NCBI RefSeq assembly: GCF_964355755.1
Contig: NC_092675.1
Location: forward strand, 2,785,812-2,849,811
Length of the DNA stretch: 64,000 nt
Direction: 5' to 3'
Source: Antedon mediterranea
Taxonomy: Eukaryota > Animalia > Echinodermata
Shown: one piece after another, positions 25,838 to 38,700 of the stretch
Layout of the letters: every line of letters starts with the position of its first letter
Numbering within the stretch: position 1 is the first letter of the stretch
Program-made: the position numbers and the translations under genes
Notes under the pieces: generated by a model
Told to the model about the DNA's origin: nothing
Seen by the model: only the letters and a program-made list of their open reading frames with translations
The model's database searches: none

Positions 25838-26461
25838 AAAAAAATAACTCAATGGCTTTCAGTCAAACGATTGCAAATACTGCCCTCATTTTCCCATTTG
25901 GAAATGACGTGTCATTCGGTAATGTGGGAAAAACCCAGTTCAGACTTTTTGAAAGGATTGACGCAATAGTTCTACAACACTCAATTGTGCGCCTTCCGTG
26001 TTTCAGAAGAAATATTTAGATTTACCGGTCAAAATAACTGACTACAGCACAGTAAGTTAACGTATGTCATATTTGTGTGATTGCATCGGGGAAGGAAATC
26101 GAAGAAGTGACTAATTGGGCTACATCAATTGGGTCTATCTAATCTAAGCATACATTGTCAATTGACGAAGTATTGATTTCTTCAAAATAGATAGATGAAT
26201 AGATATATGAATTATACAGGGGCCTAAATTATGCCTAATATTCAGTGGCCGATCTCGTCTATTTCTGTCTGGGTCTGCCCTTGTTCATAGCGCTAAATAA
26301 ATAAGATAATTTGAGCTTACAACAAGTAGACCTATATAGATAGGCCTACTTTTTTGACATTGTTTCTTCTTATAAAAACATTGTGATTCCTCCAGGGTGG
26401 CCAGTTTTCCATGTCCTTCGATCAGGCGAATCAATACAATTGGCTTTGTTTTTTGTTTCAG

Positions 26462-27177
26462 ATGTCAAAGGTATCAGCAATAATTTGTATCACTCTTATT
26501 GCATCTATGGCAATCCAACCATCTGAAGCAGGTAAGGCCCTACCTAATAAGTCAGCTTTAGGCCTATATCAAAAGAGTCCTGTTCGCTAACTTTCTGGAT
26601 CCGCACCTGGTACCATTCCGGTCTCCTGAGTATGGCTGCGTTTTCTTGGACTGGATGGAATTTTCCCATTATTACTCATCAGATCTGATCTGAACATTCT
26701 CTTTCAATCACTAGGACTAGGTTTTATTTTGAGGGAAAGTTGTTATTTCTTTAATTATTATTGGATTGGATAGTGGTATATTGGAAGAATGAACAGTTAA
26801 TTAATTTACACGACTTATAATCAGAAATATCGCCTTTATAAATGACACAAAATCGCTTGAATTATTTGATAAAGGATAAATATGTCTTTCTCTTATTGCT
26901 ATCTATAGGAGTCGGTCACTGGATAGCAGGAGCTGCCCTAGGGGTAACCGCTATTGCCTTTGCCCCAGCGGCATTAGGATTTGGGGCACTAGGAATTGCG
27001 TCCGGGTCTACAGCAGCCGGAATGATGTCAGCTTCGGCTATTGCTAGTGGCGGTGGTGTAGCAGCCGGAGGCGTAGTGGCTACAATGCAGTCTATTGGAG
27101 CTGCTGGGGCATCGTATGGTGCTTATGCGACTGCCGCTGCTGCAGGAGGCGCTGCAGCAGATTACCTCGCCAAATAA
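26462..27177 (+). CDS. IFI27/IFI6 (ISG12 family) protein, copy 3; coding exons 26462-26531 and 26909-27177
   Basis: [46 protein letters not shown] plus the same leader exon. Confidence 0.92.
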
Positions 27178-27538
27178 GAATAAGATTAAAGATACGCAAG
27201 TTGATAATTGCGTAAAGCGTTGCATCGCACAAATTTAATTTAAAGTTGTTACTCGTTTGTTTCCATTAGTTTGATCATGGAGGAATTATAGCTTCTATGG
27301 TCTGATCATTATTTAATACTTTTCTGAGTGTGTTAATGATATTGCTCGCTAAAAGTGCTTGAATTTACTTAAAAGCTACTAAACAATAGTCAATATAATA
27401 TCGGTTGATGGTTTATATGGAGAAAATCAATAAAATGATTTAAAGTCTGCGCACTCACTCGGTACATACCACATAGTGCAGTTATTAATTGATTTGATTT
27501 TTGAATTATTATTATTATTAGTTGTGAAGTACTACTTT

Positions 27539-28577
27539 TTTTTTTCTTTTTTTTTATCTTTTGTGGTTAACTACCACCTTTATTCAACAATTACAGAATC
27601 TCGTATATATATTTACATTATTTTCTGCATATTTTTTTGTTATGTTATCTATTAAAAAATATATTGCATGTTTAATGAAAAAAGCTGTTTAGTTATGAAA
27701 CGTTTGTTAACTTATTTATCATAATTTGTGTATCTTTCAGTTTATATATTTGTATTTGATTTGCCCTTTAGGGAAATGCTTAACAGTAGGCCTAGTATAC
27801 CATGCTGTCACAAGAAATGGCACTAACAAAATTGAAACATATGTTGGACTGACAGAAAATACATTTAAGTGTAGATACAATGGGCATACAAGCTCATTCT
27901 GTAATGAAAAGTATAAAAATAGTACAGCGCTTAGCTAACATGTTTGGAAACTAAAGATGACAACATTACATATAATATTAAATGGCGAGTATTAGCCAAA
28001 TGTAAGCCTTATTCCAATATAAGTAAACGCTGCAAACTATGTCTGCAAGAGAAATATTTCATTATATTTAAGCCAGATATTTGCTCTCTTAGTCAAAGAA
28101 ACGAATTATTTAGCACATGCAGACACAGAAGAAAATTCTTATTGAGATATAAAGGTTACTAATTAAAGACACTTATTGATAAATAGAACAGTTGAGTATA
28201 CAACTATTGTTTTGTTGCTTGCATATATTAACTATAAACAGCCGCTTCTAATTACTTAGAGCCTAACACTTGAAGATTGAGGAGGTATTTTATCTCTCTC
28301 ATGAAACAGTTTGTAGTGTTAATAAATATGTTGAATTATTAACCTGAGTCTTGATTTTTTTCATTCATATTTGTATATGTATATAATATCAATACATTCA
28401 CACGTATATATAGAAATACATACTACATATATCAAACATATATATACATACACATACCTACACAATATATACACATATGCATAAAATTAACATTAAAACC
28501 AAGAACGATAAAAAATATACACAAATATAATACATTAGACCTATTATACACGGGCATAAAAAAACCTATAAAGTACC
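27539..28577 (+). mobile_element. Insertion carrying a decayed Penelope-like (Neptune-type) GIY-YIG endonuclease C-terminus (~27760-28162)
   Basis: CPL.GKCL..GLVYHA...TYVGLTENTFKCRYNGHTSSF...STALS*HVWKLK...IKW...CKLCLQEK...[10 protein letters not shown]; one internal stop; flanking duplication TGTGAAGTAC. Confidence 0.85.
28264..28321 (+). ncRNA. Minimal type-I hammerhead-ribozyme-like fold downstream of the Penelope ORF
   Basis: TAACAC-TTGAAGA-[stem II TGAGGAGGTA...TATCTCTCTCA]-GAAACA-GTT-TGTA-GTGTTA; core position 3 is U rather than the canonical C. Confidence 0.6.
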
Positions 28578-28855
28578 TGTGAAGTACCCTACTTTAATAA
28601 GGTGTGTAATGTACGTAACTGCCAACTGGGTATAGCAACAAACACATGAGCGTAACTGATGATGCTACTATAAACACAAACTGAAGAAAGTATTACAAAG
28701 CTATAAGGTGTATTTGAAAAAATGTAAATAATGCATTTCTCATGTAAGAAGAATTATTGAAATTATTAAAACGGATGACAATATTTCAAATGATGGTTCT
28801 TTATTACGATTACATCTTCAAGGATTCAATAACTATACTCTATAATATCACGGGT

Positions 28856-28989
28856 ATTACCTGTACCTTTCCATTACGGTTACCGATGAGAGCGACAGGA
28901 TCTCCGTCGATTCACCATTGTTTTTCTGAAATTCGAACACATCTTTGGAGTAGCTGCTTTGCTTCAATAAAACTCTGTTTACTTGTAAT
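28856..28989 (-). pseudogene. RASL12 exon-4 fragment with a retained splice donor
   Basis: ITSKQSFIEAKQLL/DVFEFQKNNGESTEI/VALIGN/MERYR|gtaat; frameshifted copy of 35118-35252. Confidence 0.85.
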
Positions 28990-29908
28990 CCAATAAGGTT
29001 TTCTGATAATAGGGGTGTTTCCTCTAAATTGGGGATAAAAGCAGTGTTCATAATATTACACCTCGTTAGTGTCCCCTGAATAGGAGTGTCCAAAATTAGG
29101 GCTGTTCATCGTAAACTCGAAGTAAAGTTTGTGTAACAAGTTATTTTATAGCTTTGGGTCACGATGTTTTCATGTTCATCATCTTCACCTTTCCCACATT
29201 ATTCTCTATTTTAGCATATTAATTATACCTTTCTTTTGTTTTTCTCTTTGCGTGTGCAGTTTATTAAAGGACAACTTTACCGAGAGCCATATTTTGACAC
29301 CGTATTAGGAATGTACAACATATGATTTCAGAACAATCGAAAGATTTACCATATCGCCATGCGCGCGCTCGTCGTACAGTCGTCGTCGCCGTAAATTGCT
29401 ATGACGTCAAGTGTGGCTTAGCAAAATGTACAGGCTGTCTAATAACGATTGTAAATACACAGCCCTCATTGTCCCTTTTTTTAATCGATGTCAGAGATTT
29501 GAAACATAAAACAGATGTCATGTTGGAAAAACCAACTAGGCCTACTATTTACAGAAGCAAATATCGTATGATGGTATTTGTACGAGAGAAATCGATCGTA
29601 AATATCAGATTGAGAGTCTAGGAAAACGTATTCAGACTTCCAGAAAACGTTTGAAATTGCATATCAATTTAACCACTACATCAGAATTTAGCACAGTAAG
29701 TTTTGTAATGTGTTATGGTAGGGTAGGCCTATACATTAATCTCACATTATCTACTAAAAGCCTCAGTTTAAAACGGGCCTGAGAGTAGGCTATATCTGGT
29801 GTGATGGAACTGCTCACGCCGAGCTGGGTGGATACTACAGTATTTGGTTTTGTGAAAAAGCCATGTTAAACAGACGAAGCAACATAACACACATTGTTTT
29901 TCTTGCAG

Positions 29909-30762
29909 ATGTCAAAAGTATCGGCAATCATCTTTATTTGTCTCATTGCATCAATCCAACCAGCTCAAGCAGGTAATTATAATGCAATTAAGGCATAGAA
30001 ATATTTTGTTCATGTTAATATTCTGTCTTGAATCTTGGATTATGCATGTCACATTTGGAACTTATCGGCTTAACCGAAAGTGTGCCCAATATTAATAATT
30101 TAGGGAAAAAAACTCGAAAAGAATTTAATGTATTAATGCATCTATAGGTAATTCTTATATTTCTTACTCGACTACCTAATTTCACTTACTAGAAACACTT
30201 AATAAAAATCAAGTAATTTAATGTAAAGATATTCCCGTTTTTAACGACATTTATTCTTGATGTTTATGTCCTTGTGAATATTCATTACAAAAATAACACA
30301 TAGCAAACACCAGGTGTGTTATTTTTGTATTTGGCTGTTAAGGAGTAGTGCTATTTCTATTGTTATAGAAAACGTTGTCATATTTGTGTTTTATAAATTG
30401 TTATTTCGCCAACAATTATCGATAGATTGAACTGTATTTAGTGGGAAGATCTTAAACCGGTTTGTAATTTTATTTCTTTTCATTTTGCTTCAGTACTCCC
30501 CTTGATAGGAGTTGCCTTAGCAGTAGCTGGGGTTGGATTTGGCCCAGCCGCTATTGGGTTTACGACAGCCGGCATTACTGCTGGCTCTGCGGCAGCGGCA
30601 ATGATGTCTGCTTCTGCTATAGCGAGCGGAGGTGGAGTTGTAGCTGGAGGCGTAGTGGCTACACTTCAATCAGTTGGAGCGGCTGGAGTATCCTACGGCA
30701 CTTAGGCTGCTGCTAGTGCAGGAGCAGCTGCAGGGCGTTACATTGAGGGTGAAGATGAGTAA
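29909..30762 (+). pseudogene. Divergent IFI27/IFI6-like copy 4; exons 29909-29972 and 30494-30762; in-frame TAG at 30703-30705 (truncated protein or pseudogene)
   Basis: [21 protein letters not shown]|VLPLIG...[69 protein letters not shown]. Confidence 0.75.
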
Positions 30763-31947
30763 AAAATGGAAGGGATTCATCATCAAGCAGCTATGCTTGC
30801 ATTTATTATAGTATTTCATTTTACCGTTTTAAATCTCATAACAACTAGATATTCATGTTAGTATTAATTGTTGCATTATTTTAAGTGCATGACATTATGC
30901 TCATGTGTTTATTATAATACAGGTCCTGTGAAAGACCATTTGAAGACCCTTCTACGTCCACTTACATCGGCCTTTATTTCCGTATTTCTGCGTCCCATGG
31001 GTACGACTCGGGTTACACAATTCCGGATTACTGTCAACTGAGAACTTTTTAGCATAATGCTATTGTTCAACTTTAATAAACACATTAAATACGAAGTTGT
31101 CACCTAAAATAATAAAATAAGATCATAATGTACAGTACCTTCAGTCATCGCTCTTTTTGGTTTCTTGGAGCATTGATTCTTTATCCACGATGATAGAGAT
31201 GAAGATTTTAAATTCATTTCATTTATTTCATTTACTAATAACTTAAATAACGTTTATAAAACTCAAATAAATCTATTTCTGCATTAACATTTTGTTGGTG
31301 GCGCTATTTTTTGGAAAATAAATTTCATTACGTTTATATTTCAGGAAACCTCAGATCTATTTATTTATTTCAATGTTAGGTCGCTTTCTTGTCGATGCTT
31401 TTATTGTAGAACGTAATTTATTTATTTTTCTCTGTTCTGGGTTGACCAACTAGCATAGGTGTTTAGCACCTGTTTGGTCTTTCCGTGCCTCCTTTTATAA
31501 TTGTTTTGTCTTCTTTGTTATGTAGGCCTATATGGCAGAAATTGAATAAATAAAAAAATGTCTGGCAGTAAGTCCATGTATTTCTTATCACACTTATTCG
31601 GGGGGGCTAGGCTCTTATTAAAATCAAATAGATAAGGATAAGACGAATGACAATAAAACATAACAATTGATTTCAAGTGATGGTTATTATTGTTATTATA
31701 CATTTGCAAGGAACAATTGAGATACTTAGGCAGAAATAAGTATTTAACTTACATTTTTGTTTTCCATGCTTCAAGTAACAGTATATCGCGACATGTTTGC
31801 TTTTCATATTCTGCTAAGTATTTACTATATCATCATTTCTTTCATTTATATATTTACTTCAATAAGTAATACAAACTAAATATCAGTCACGTCAATCCAT
31901 CCAAACGTAAAAAACGCATATTCATTCATGATACGTCAAAGAGCATT

Positions 31948-32128
31948 AAGCGTGGTTCCCACTAGCGACGCAACACAAGGACGTAACGCAACGCAAGTGA
32001 ATTGACCAATCACAAGCGATGGCTTATTCGCTTGTGATTGCTAGATGTCTATAACTTCGCTGCCATTGGTTAAAACGCTTGCGTTGCGTTTACGTCCTTG
32101 CGTTACGTCCTAGTGGGAACCAAGCTTT
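31948..32128. mobile_element. Harbinger-like MITE family 2, complete copy; clusters also at ~33170-33620, 36405-36670, 44440-44570
   Basis: TIR AAGC.TGGTTCCCACTAG.ACG.AAC.CAAGGACGTAA with TAA/TTA flanks. Confidence 0.78.
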
Positions 32129-32743
32129 ACGTTAAATCACACAGCCCGAATTCGGTGCGGTGCACGGGGAAGACTTCCGGGATGCATTTACCTTTATCGA
32201 CCACACACGTAATAACGTTTTGTACGGAATCCGGATTATTTATCCGGTCACCGGACCGGAATCCGGGCGCAGTGTGAACGTTTTTTTAAGGCATTAATCA
32301 CGTCTTATGTAACGCACATTCGGCTTGACAATAATGTATAACATAGAATGAATAATAACATATATTTCGTAGAACCAAGGCCATCAAATAACAGAACACT
32401 GAGCTCGACTTGCCAAGATAGGATATCGTAACAGATTTGGATCTGCGGTTAGGCTTCGACGAATCCATCATACAAAGCCGTAGACTAGACACAATATTTC
32501 AGATTTTTTCTTTTTTCCCCATGAATTGAAATTATGTTAACCGTTAACCTTCATTTTGACAATGTTGCTAAACATTCATTTTGATTGGCCAATCAAAAAT
32601 CAGTCAAGCGTTTAGGGGAGGAGACTGATAGTGTCGCAACTAGAGGTAAAACCTGTGATCTGGTCGAGCATGGCAGCGTCCTGTTGTTTGATTGCCATGG
32701 TAATAAAGCTAAATCACAAAACAAAGATGAAAGCTCTCGTCTT

Positions 32744-35700
32744 TTAAAATATCTTGAACCCCTTTTTGTTGAATATTTTAAAACTTGTTACAGTCTTTTT
32801 CTGAACTACTTTCGGTGGTTTTGGCGACGGAGACTTTGATCTGTCACCTCGTTCTTTACTACTCGTTGCCGCAGAAGGCGATAATAATAGTTTATCTTCC
32901 GATATAAAAAGTGGTTTTATTGGCATATGTCGCTCGATTTCTCTCTTAATTTCACGAACCATTTTGTGCAACACAATTTCAACATCTTCAAAGTCACCAG
33001 CCGCTGAAACTTCATGATATGCGCATGCGTATTGGGTAGCCAGGATAGTCCCTTCATCTTTACTCACTTGTCTGAAAAGATAATGTTGTACACAATTCGA
33101 ACACAGAAAGAAAACATTAGTGAAAGAACGTCAGTCATCGGTTAGTCAAGGAAGTAGAGGAACTATGGTCAAAGGTTTCCACTGGGGCGCCGCAACGACG
33201 TAAGCGCGCAGCAAGAGATTAATTTGATGGATCGAATGATGGATATCCGAATTACCGCTTGCGATTGATCAATTTCATTACGTTTTGCATACGTCGTTGC
33301 GTTGCGCCCAAGTGTGGGAAAAGCTTGGTTCGCGCAAAGGATCATCATCATCAATTATCAATGACTGTCGAAATTATCTTGCGGTTGCGCTTACGTCCTA
33401 GCGTTGCCTCCAAATGAGAACCAAGCTTCTCATTAATATTAGCAATCACAAACGAGAGTTCGATTGATTAATCGCTTGTGGTCAATTCAAAAACTTGCGC
33501 TGCGCATGTGTACTGCGTTGCGTCATAAAAGGAACCAGTCTTAAGGCGCATCTGTCATATCCTCACTCATTTACGTTGCGTTACGTCCTTGCGTTGCGTC
33601 ACTAGTGGGAACCGAGCTTTAAGAAGGAGCATCTGTCATATCCTAAACATTCATACATCATCATCACCACCACTTTGTATATTGTTGCAATTAGCAATTT
33701 GTGTTAAGTACAATTTTCTGTCATGCGCACAGCGTCTTATTCCCACCGAGTCGACCGGCTTACCTTAGACTTGCCCCAAGTCTGTATTGTTTTTACTCGG
33801 GGTACCCGAGTCTAGGACTTACTCATTTTCTCCTCTCCATCTGGACACTATTGAGTAAAAAGTGCGATTTTTAAAGTACTACTCCTCCCTTATTAGTTGT
33901 AGTATTGAGCTGGGATTTAGCATGAATATACTACAGGGACATGTCCTTAAACCTATAGAGCTGGATTTTTAAATTTCAAACCCGATGCAGCCATATGACG
34001 TCTCGAAGATGGTACCATATAGCCGTATTTGGTAGGTTATTGATGTGTATGTGACGTCACATCCCGTCTTATGACGTCATTACAGCTTCATTTGCTGTAC
34101 CCCGAGTATCGCACATTCGTGCTTTTTAGGTGATCATTTAGAATAAAATGATCACCTATTGTTATTTGTTAATTAATTTGTTTAATTAAGAAGCCACAAT
34201 GTGTGACACACACCACAGTGTTATGTAGTTATATGCGGCTTCTTGGCGTAGTGGTTATCACGTTTGCTTAACACGCAGATGGTACCGGTTCGAGCCCGGG
34301 CTAAACCTTTTTTTTAAACTTTATGGTGAAAAGTACTGTATACGCAATATGATAATTATACAGAGTATATCTTATTTTTATTATTTTTTAAAATAATTAT
34401 TTTGTGTAATCGGTAATTATCACTTTTACACATGTTTATTTTGCTTTGTGCTTATTACCATTTATTTGTAATTTAAATGGGTTAAAAAACTTTCTGTAAC
34501 CCACATTTTTAGTGTAAGAGGTTTCGTAGTGTAGTGGTTGTCAAGTCTGCTTAACACGCAGAAGGTCCCGGTTCGAGCCCTGGCGAAACCTATTTTTTTT
34601 TTAACTTTATGGTGAAATATACTGTATACGTAATATGATATAGAGTATATCTCGTTTTATTACTCGGGGTACCTGAGTCTAGGACTCTCTCATCTTTTCC
34701 TCTTCTTCTTCCATCTGGACACTATTGAGCAAAAAGTGCGATTTATAAAGTACTACTCCTCCCTTATTCATGGTAGTATTGAGCTCAGATTTAGCATGAA
34801 TATACTACAGTGACATTTCCTCAAAGCTATAGAGCCGCATTTTTTAATTTCAAACCGGATGCAGCCATATCACGTCTCGAAGATGGTACCGTATAGCCGT
34901 ATTTGGTAGCGCGGTCTTATGACGTCATTACAGCTTCTTTCGCTGTACCCCGAGTATCGCACACTCGTGCTTGTTTTTTTATTTATTTGTTTTTATTTCG
35001 ACCGCGATTTTTGTCTGAAAATACAAAATACACGTATGAAACGCCATATGTGCAAAAATATTTATATTTTTACTAATATTAAGAAAAAACTCCGTCTGGA
35101 GCCCAGACTAGGCTTACCTGTATCTTTCCATTTCGTTTTTGTTGCCGATGAGGGCGACAGGGATCTCTGTCGATTCACCATTGTTTTTCTGTAATTCGAA
35201 CACATCTTGAAGTAGCTGTTTTGCTTCATTAAAACTCTGTTTACTTGTAATACTGTAGACAACCAAAAGACCATCCGACCAATCCAGGTACCGTTCAATG
35301 TCACGTGCCTCCTATAAAGCAGAATATATAGGCCTACAGTAAAAATTAAGAAGACGCCGCCAGGATCCAAAAATTAGGTTTTCTCATAATAATAGGGGTG
35401 TTTCCTCTAAATAAGGATCGCAGGATATATTACCCCACGTTCGTTTCACGTGAAAGTGTCCTCTTAATAGGGTTGTTCACTGAATAGGAGTGTCCCAAAG
35501 CAAACAATTCGGTAATCACAGAAACCCTCTCCGCTTCGATATCCAATGTTCCTAATTCCTATGCATCGATGGCTTTGTGGCGTGTATATATCGGCCACGA
35601 CATCCAGGAGATGGTTCGCGCAGAATAAAAGGTGTTTTAAGAGGTCTATCTCTATAGTTCCTACGCACAAATACGGAGATGGGAGATTCTTTTACATTTT

Positions 35701-38700
35701 CATGCAATATTTACCAATTGGACCGGCGGCCGGATTACTAACCTGGAAGACTGTGTCGAGAAGCGTAATAAGGACGACCTGGTTATCAACAGTATCTTTT
35801 TTAGTATACGAATCCTCTGAAAAAAAAAATAATAAATTAAGTTTCTTGTAATTGTCAAAAAAAGTAAAAGTCAACGACGCACTGTGGACAATGAGTATCC
35901 TCAATCATAATTCAATTGTTTACAAGCAAATATACCCGCCCACACAGGAGCTATCCTATCCCAGTACAATCATTTCATATCTCATTAGGCCTACCTCACT
36001 CCTCCAACCGGAATGAGGTACTCACGCCCGCCAGTCCACCCCCACCCCAACCGCTAACCGCTAACCACTACCCTCTCCGCTGGGGCGGTTTAATTAGTTT
36101 AATCTAGTACAATTACGGTCACCGTACATAATACTTATACGGATCATTTTCATTGCGTGCGAAATCACTCTGATGACCGTGTATTACAGAGGTGAATGAT
36201 TTGTATATAGAGTATCTTGTCATCTACCGTAATTATTTTTATTGTACGTAGGCAGGACCGGAATATAAACACATAATCAATTTAATAATACGATGTATAT
36301 TCACTCACAATGACATTTGAACGGTGATGTCAGAATTTATAATAACAGCTATCAGTAAAGTGATACATCACCGACAGGATTATAAAAGCATATTATACGT
36401 GGTGCACAACGCAAGGACGTAAGTGCAACGCAAACGAGTTGACCAATGACAAACAACAGTTGTAATAATCCATCGCTTGTGATTGGTCGAATCACTTACG
36501 TTTCGTTACGTCCGTGCGTTGCGTCTGTAGAGTGGGAAACAGACATTAGGGCGGAACGCAAGGACGTAAATGCAACGCAAGTGAGTTGACCAATGACAAG
36601 CGACAACTCGATAATCCATCGCTTGTGATTGGTTAAATTAGGCTACTTGCGTTGCGTCCTAGTCGGAACACCATTCTGGTTTATTTTATAATTTTAAGTT
36701 ATGAGAATTACACGAACAAATATGATATTTCCTATAAATTTATTTAAAAAGTATGAATGAACCGATGTTGTGCCAAGATCAAAGTGACGTCACAAATGAC
36801 CTTGGCACGTGTCACGTCTTCTTATTCGTCGTAAAAGTTCAAAATAGAAGACGAATTCCAAGTAACAAGTCGACAATCTACATCATAAAATTTACAAGAT
36901 GGCTATTACGAACCACTTAACGTTATTTGAATATAAACATTGGAAATTAATTACGGTTGATTGGCTTTTGCCCAAATTAATAAGTGATTTGAAAGTGTTA
37001 CGAAATGTTGGATAATAAAATGATGGAAATAAACAATATTGACATTCCATCAGTCAATAATATCACTCTACACACGTGTGCGAATACTAGGCCTACCATA
37101 TTATTTCCAGCGTCCAATGTGTATACTCGAGATTGATTAGCGGTAAATCAAAGCCAAACAAATAATTTATCAAATATTCTATCAGAAACTTGTAAGTCAT
37201 TATTAAAGATTGATGACAAATAATAAAGATGATAATATTTTGAAGGCCCTTTCAGCTAAATTAACACATACGAAATTGTAAAGCAAAACAAAATTAATAT
37301 ACAGTATTATTAATGTTTTAATACAGTATAATACCAACTTAAGACGGAAAAGGGAGGCCTACTTATGACTGTAAAGTTTCATGCATAGCGCCCTCACATG
37401 ATAGACAATCACGTACTGTAAATGTATTATAAAAGACTAATACAGTTATATCAATGTAAGAAAAATCATATTGCCAATAATTTATTATAAACATTATTAA
37501 TTTATATACAACCGGATTGAACCGTTAGAAAATTATGGTAACTACAAACATTCTATGTGCTTTTTACAATATTATTGTCATAATTTCATATTTCTGAACA
37601 TTTCAGTGACCATTGTGTTAGAAACACTCTGGTTCGTTTCGCGGGAAAGTGGCACTCCCTTTAATAAGGGTGCCCTCCCCCCACTCCCCGGAGGGATTCT
37701 GCTATATACAGTATTGATTTGATTGATTCGAAAATGTTCCCGATTTCCATTACTTAATTATAAACTGCTAAACGACTAGTAGCCATAATTATTAATAGTT
37801 AACACGTTGTGTGAATATCTATCAATAATCCATGTAAAATACATGAAAATGGCACCCTCCAATAGTACACTAATATTATAATAGCGTGAATCATCACACA
37901 GAAGCGTGACGCCCATTTTTCTTTAATACAAATTACATCACACGAAGACAATAGAAAAAAAAGCCTATATTTCTAATGGAATCAAATAATCTTTGGTTTG
38001 CTTTCATGGCCATCACTGCCTAAGGGTATTCGAACTGTCTGGAAGTAAATATCAGCTCAAGATAAAATAAATATAATATAAGATTAGTTGATTATCGGAA
38101 CTAGTAAATAATAACATTTCTGTAATTCAGAAACCCACCCGAATCATGTACACGAGAATAATACTATTCGGTTACGTTTTTCTCCGTTCTGAAATGCGTA
38201 CGTTCGCCGTTGAAGTGTGGTGCAGAATACCTAACGATATTGTCAAGTAGGCCTAATATGGACCAGTTTTGGAGTCATCCTATGGTAATCTTTTCTGTAC
38301 GAAAGATTGTGTATTAATCCCGATACCACTGTATGGTTTTTTGTTGTTGGTATCACTCCGTATGTCGGACATGACTTGGTCGAAAGTCATGTAAAATCCG
38401 GTTAACCTACAAAGTACACGTTGGCAACGAAAGGAAATCAAACGAGACCAACTAAAATGTTGCCATGAGTCATAAGTCGATGTCCCCGAACGGTTAATAA
38501 ATATGGCACTTTAGAAATATTATAAGGTAATATGAAAATCAGTTTATAATACGCTAGTAATATCATGATATATGACACAACGGTACACAATGACAAATAA
38601 TGAATTCAGTGAAAATAACCAATTATGAGATCATCACCCTCTTTCACCGGTGTGGACCGCCTGACGAGTAGACGGACCGAAGGCAAAGTCATACCGCAAT

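Noticed and set aside
35062-35370. 102-aa minus-strand ORF as an independent gene
   Set aside because: Alternative frame over RASL12 exon 4.
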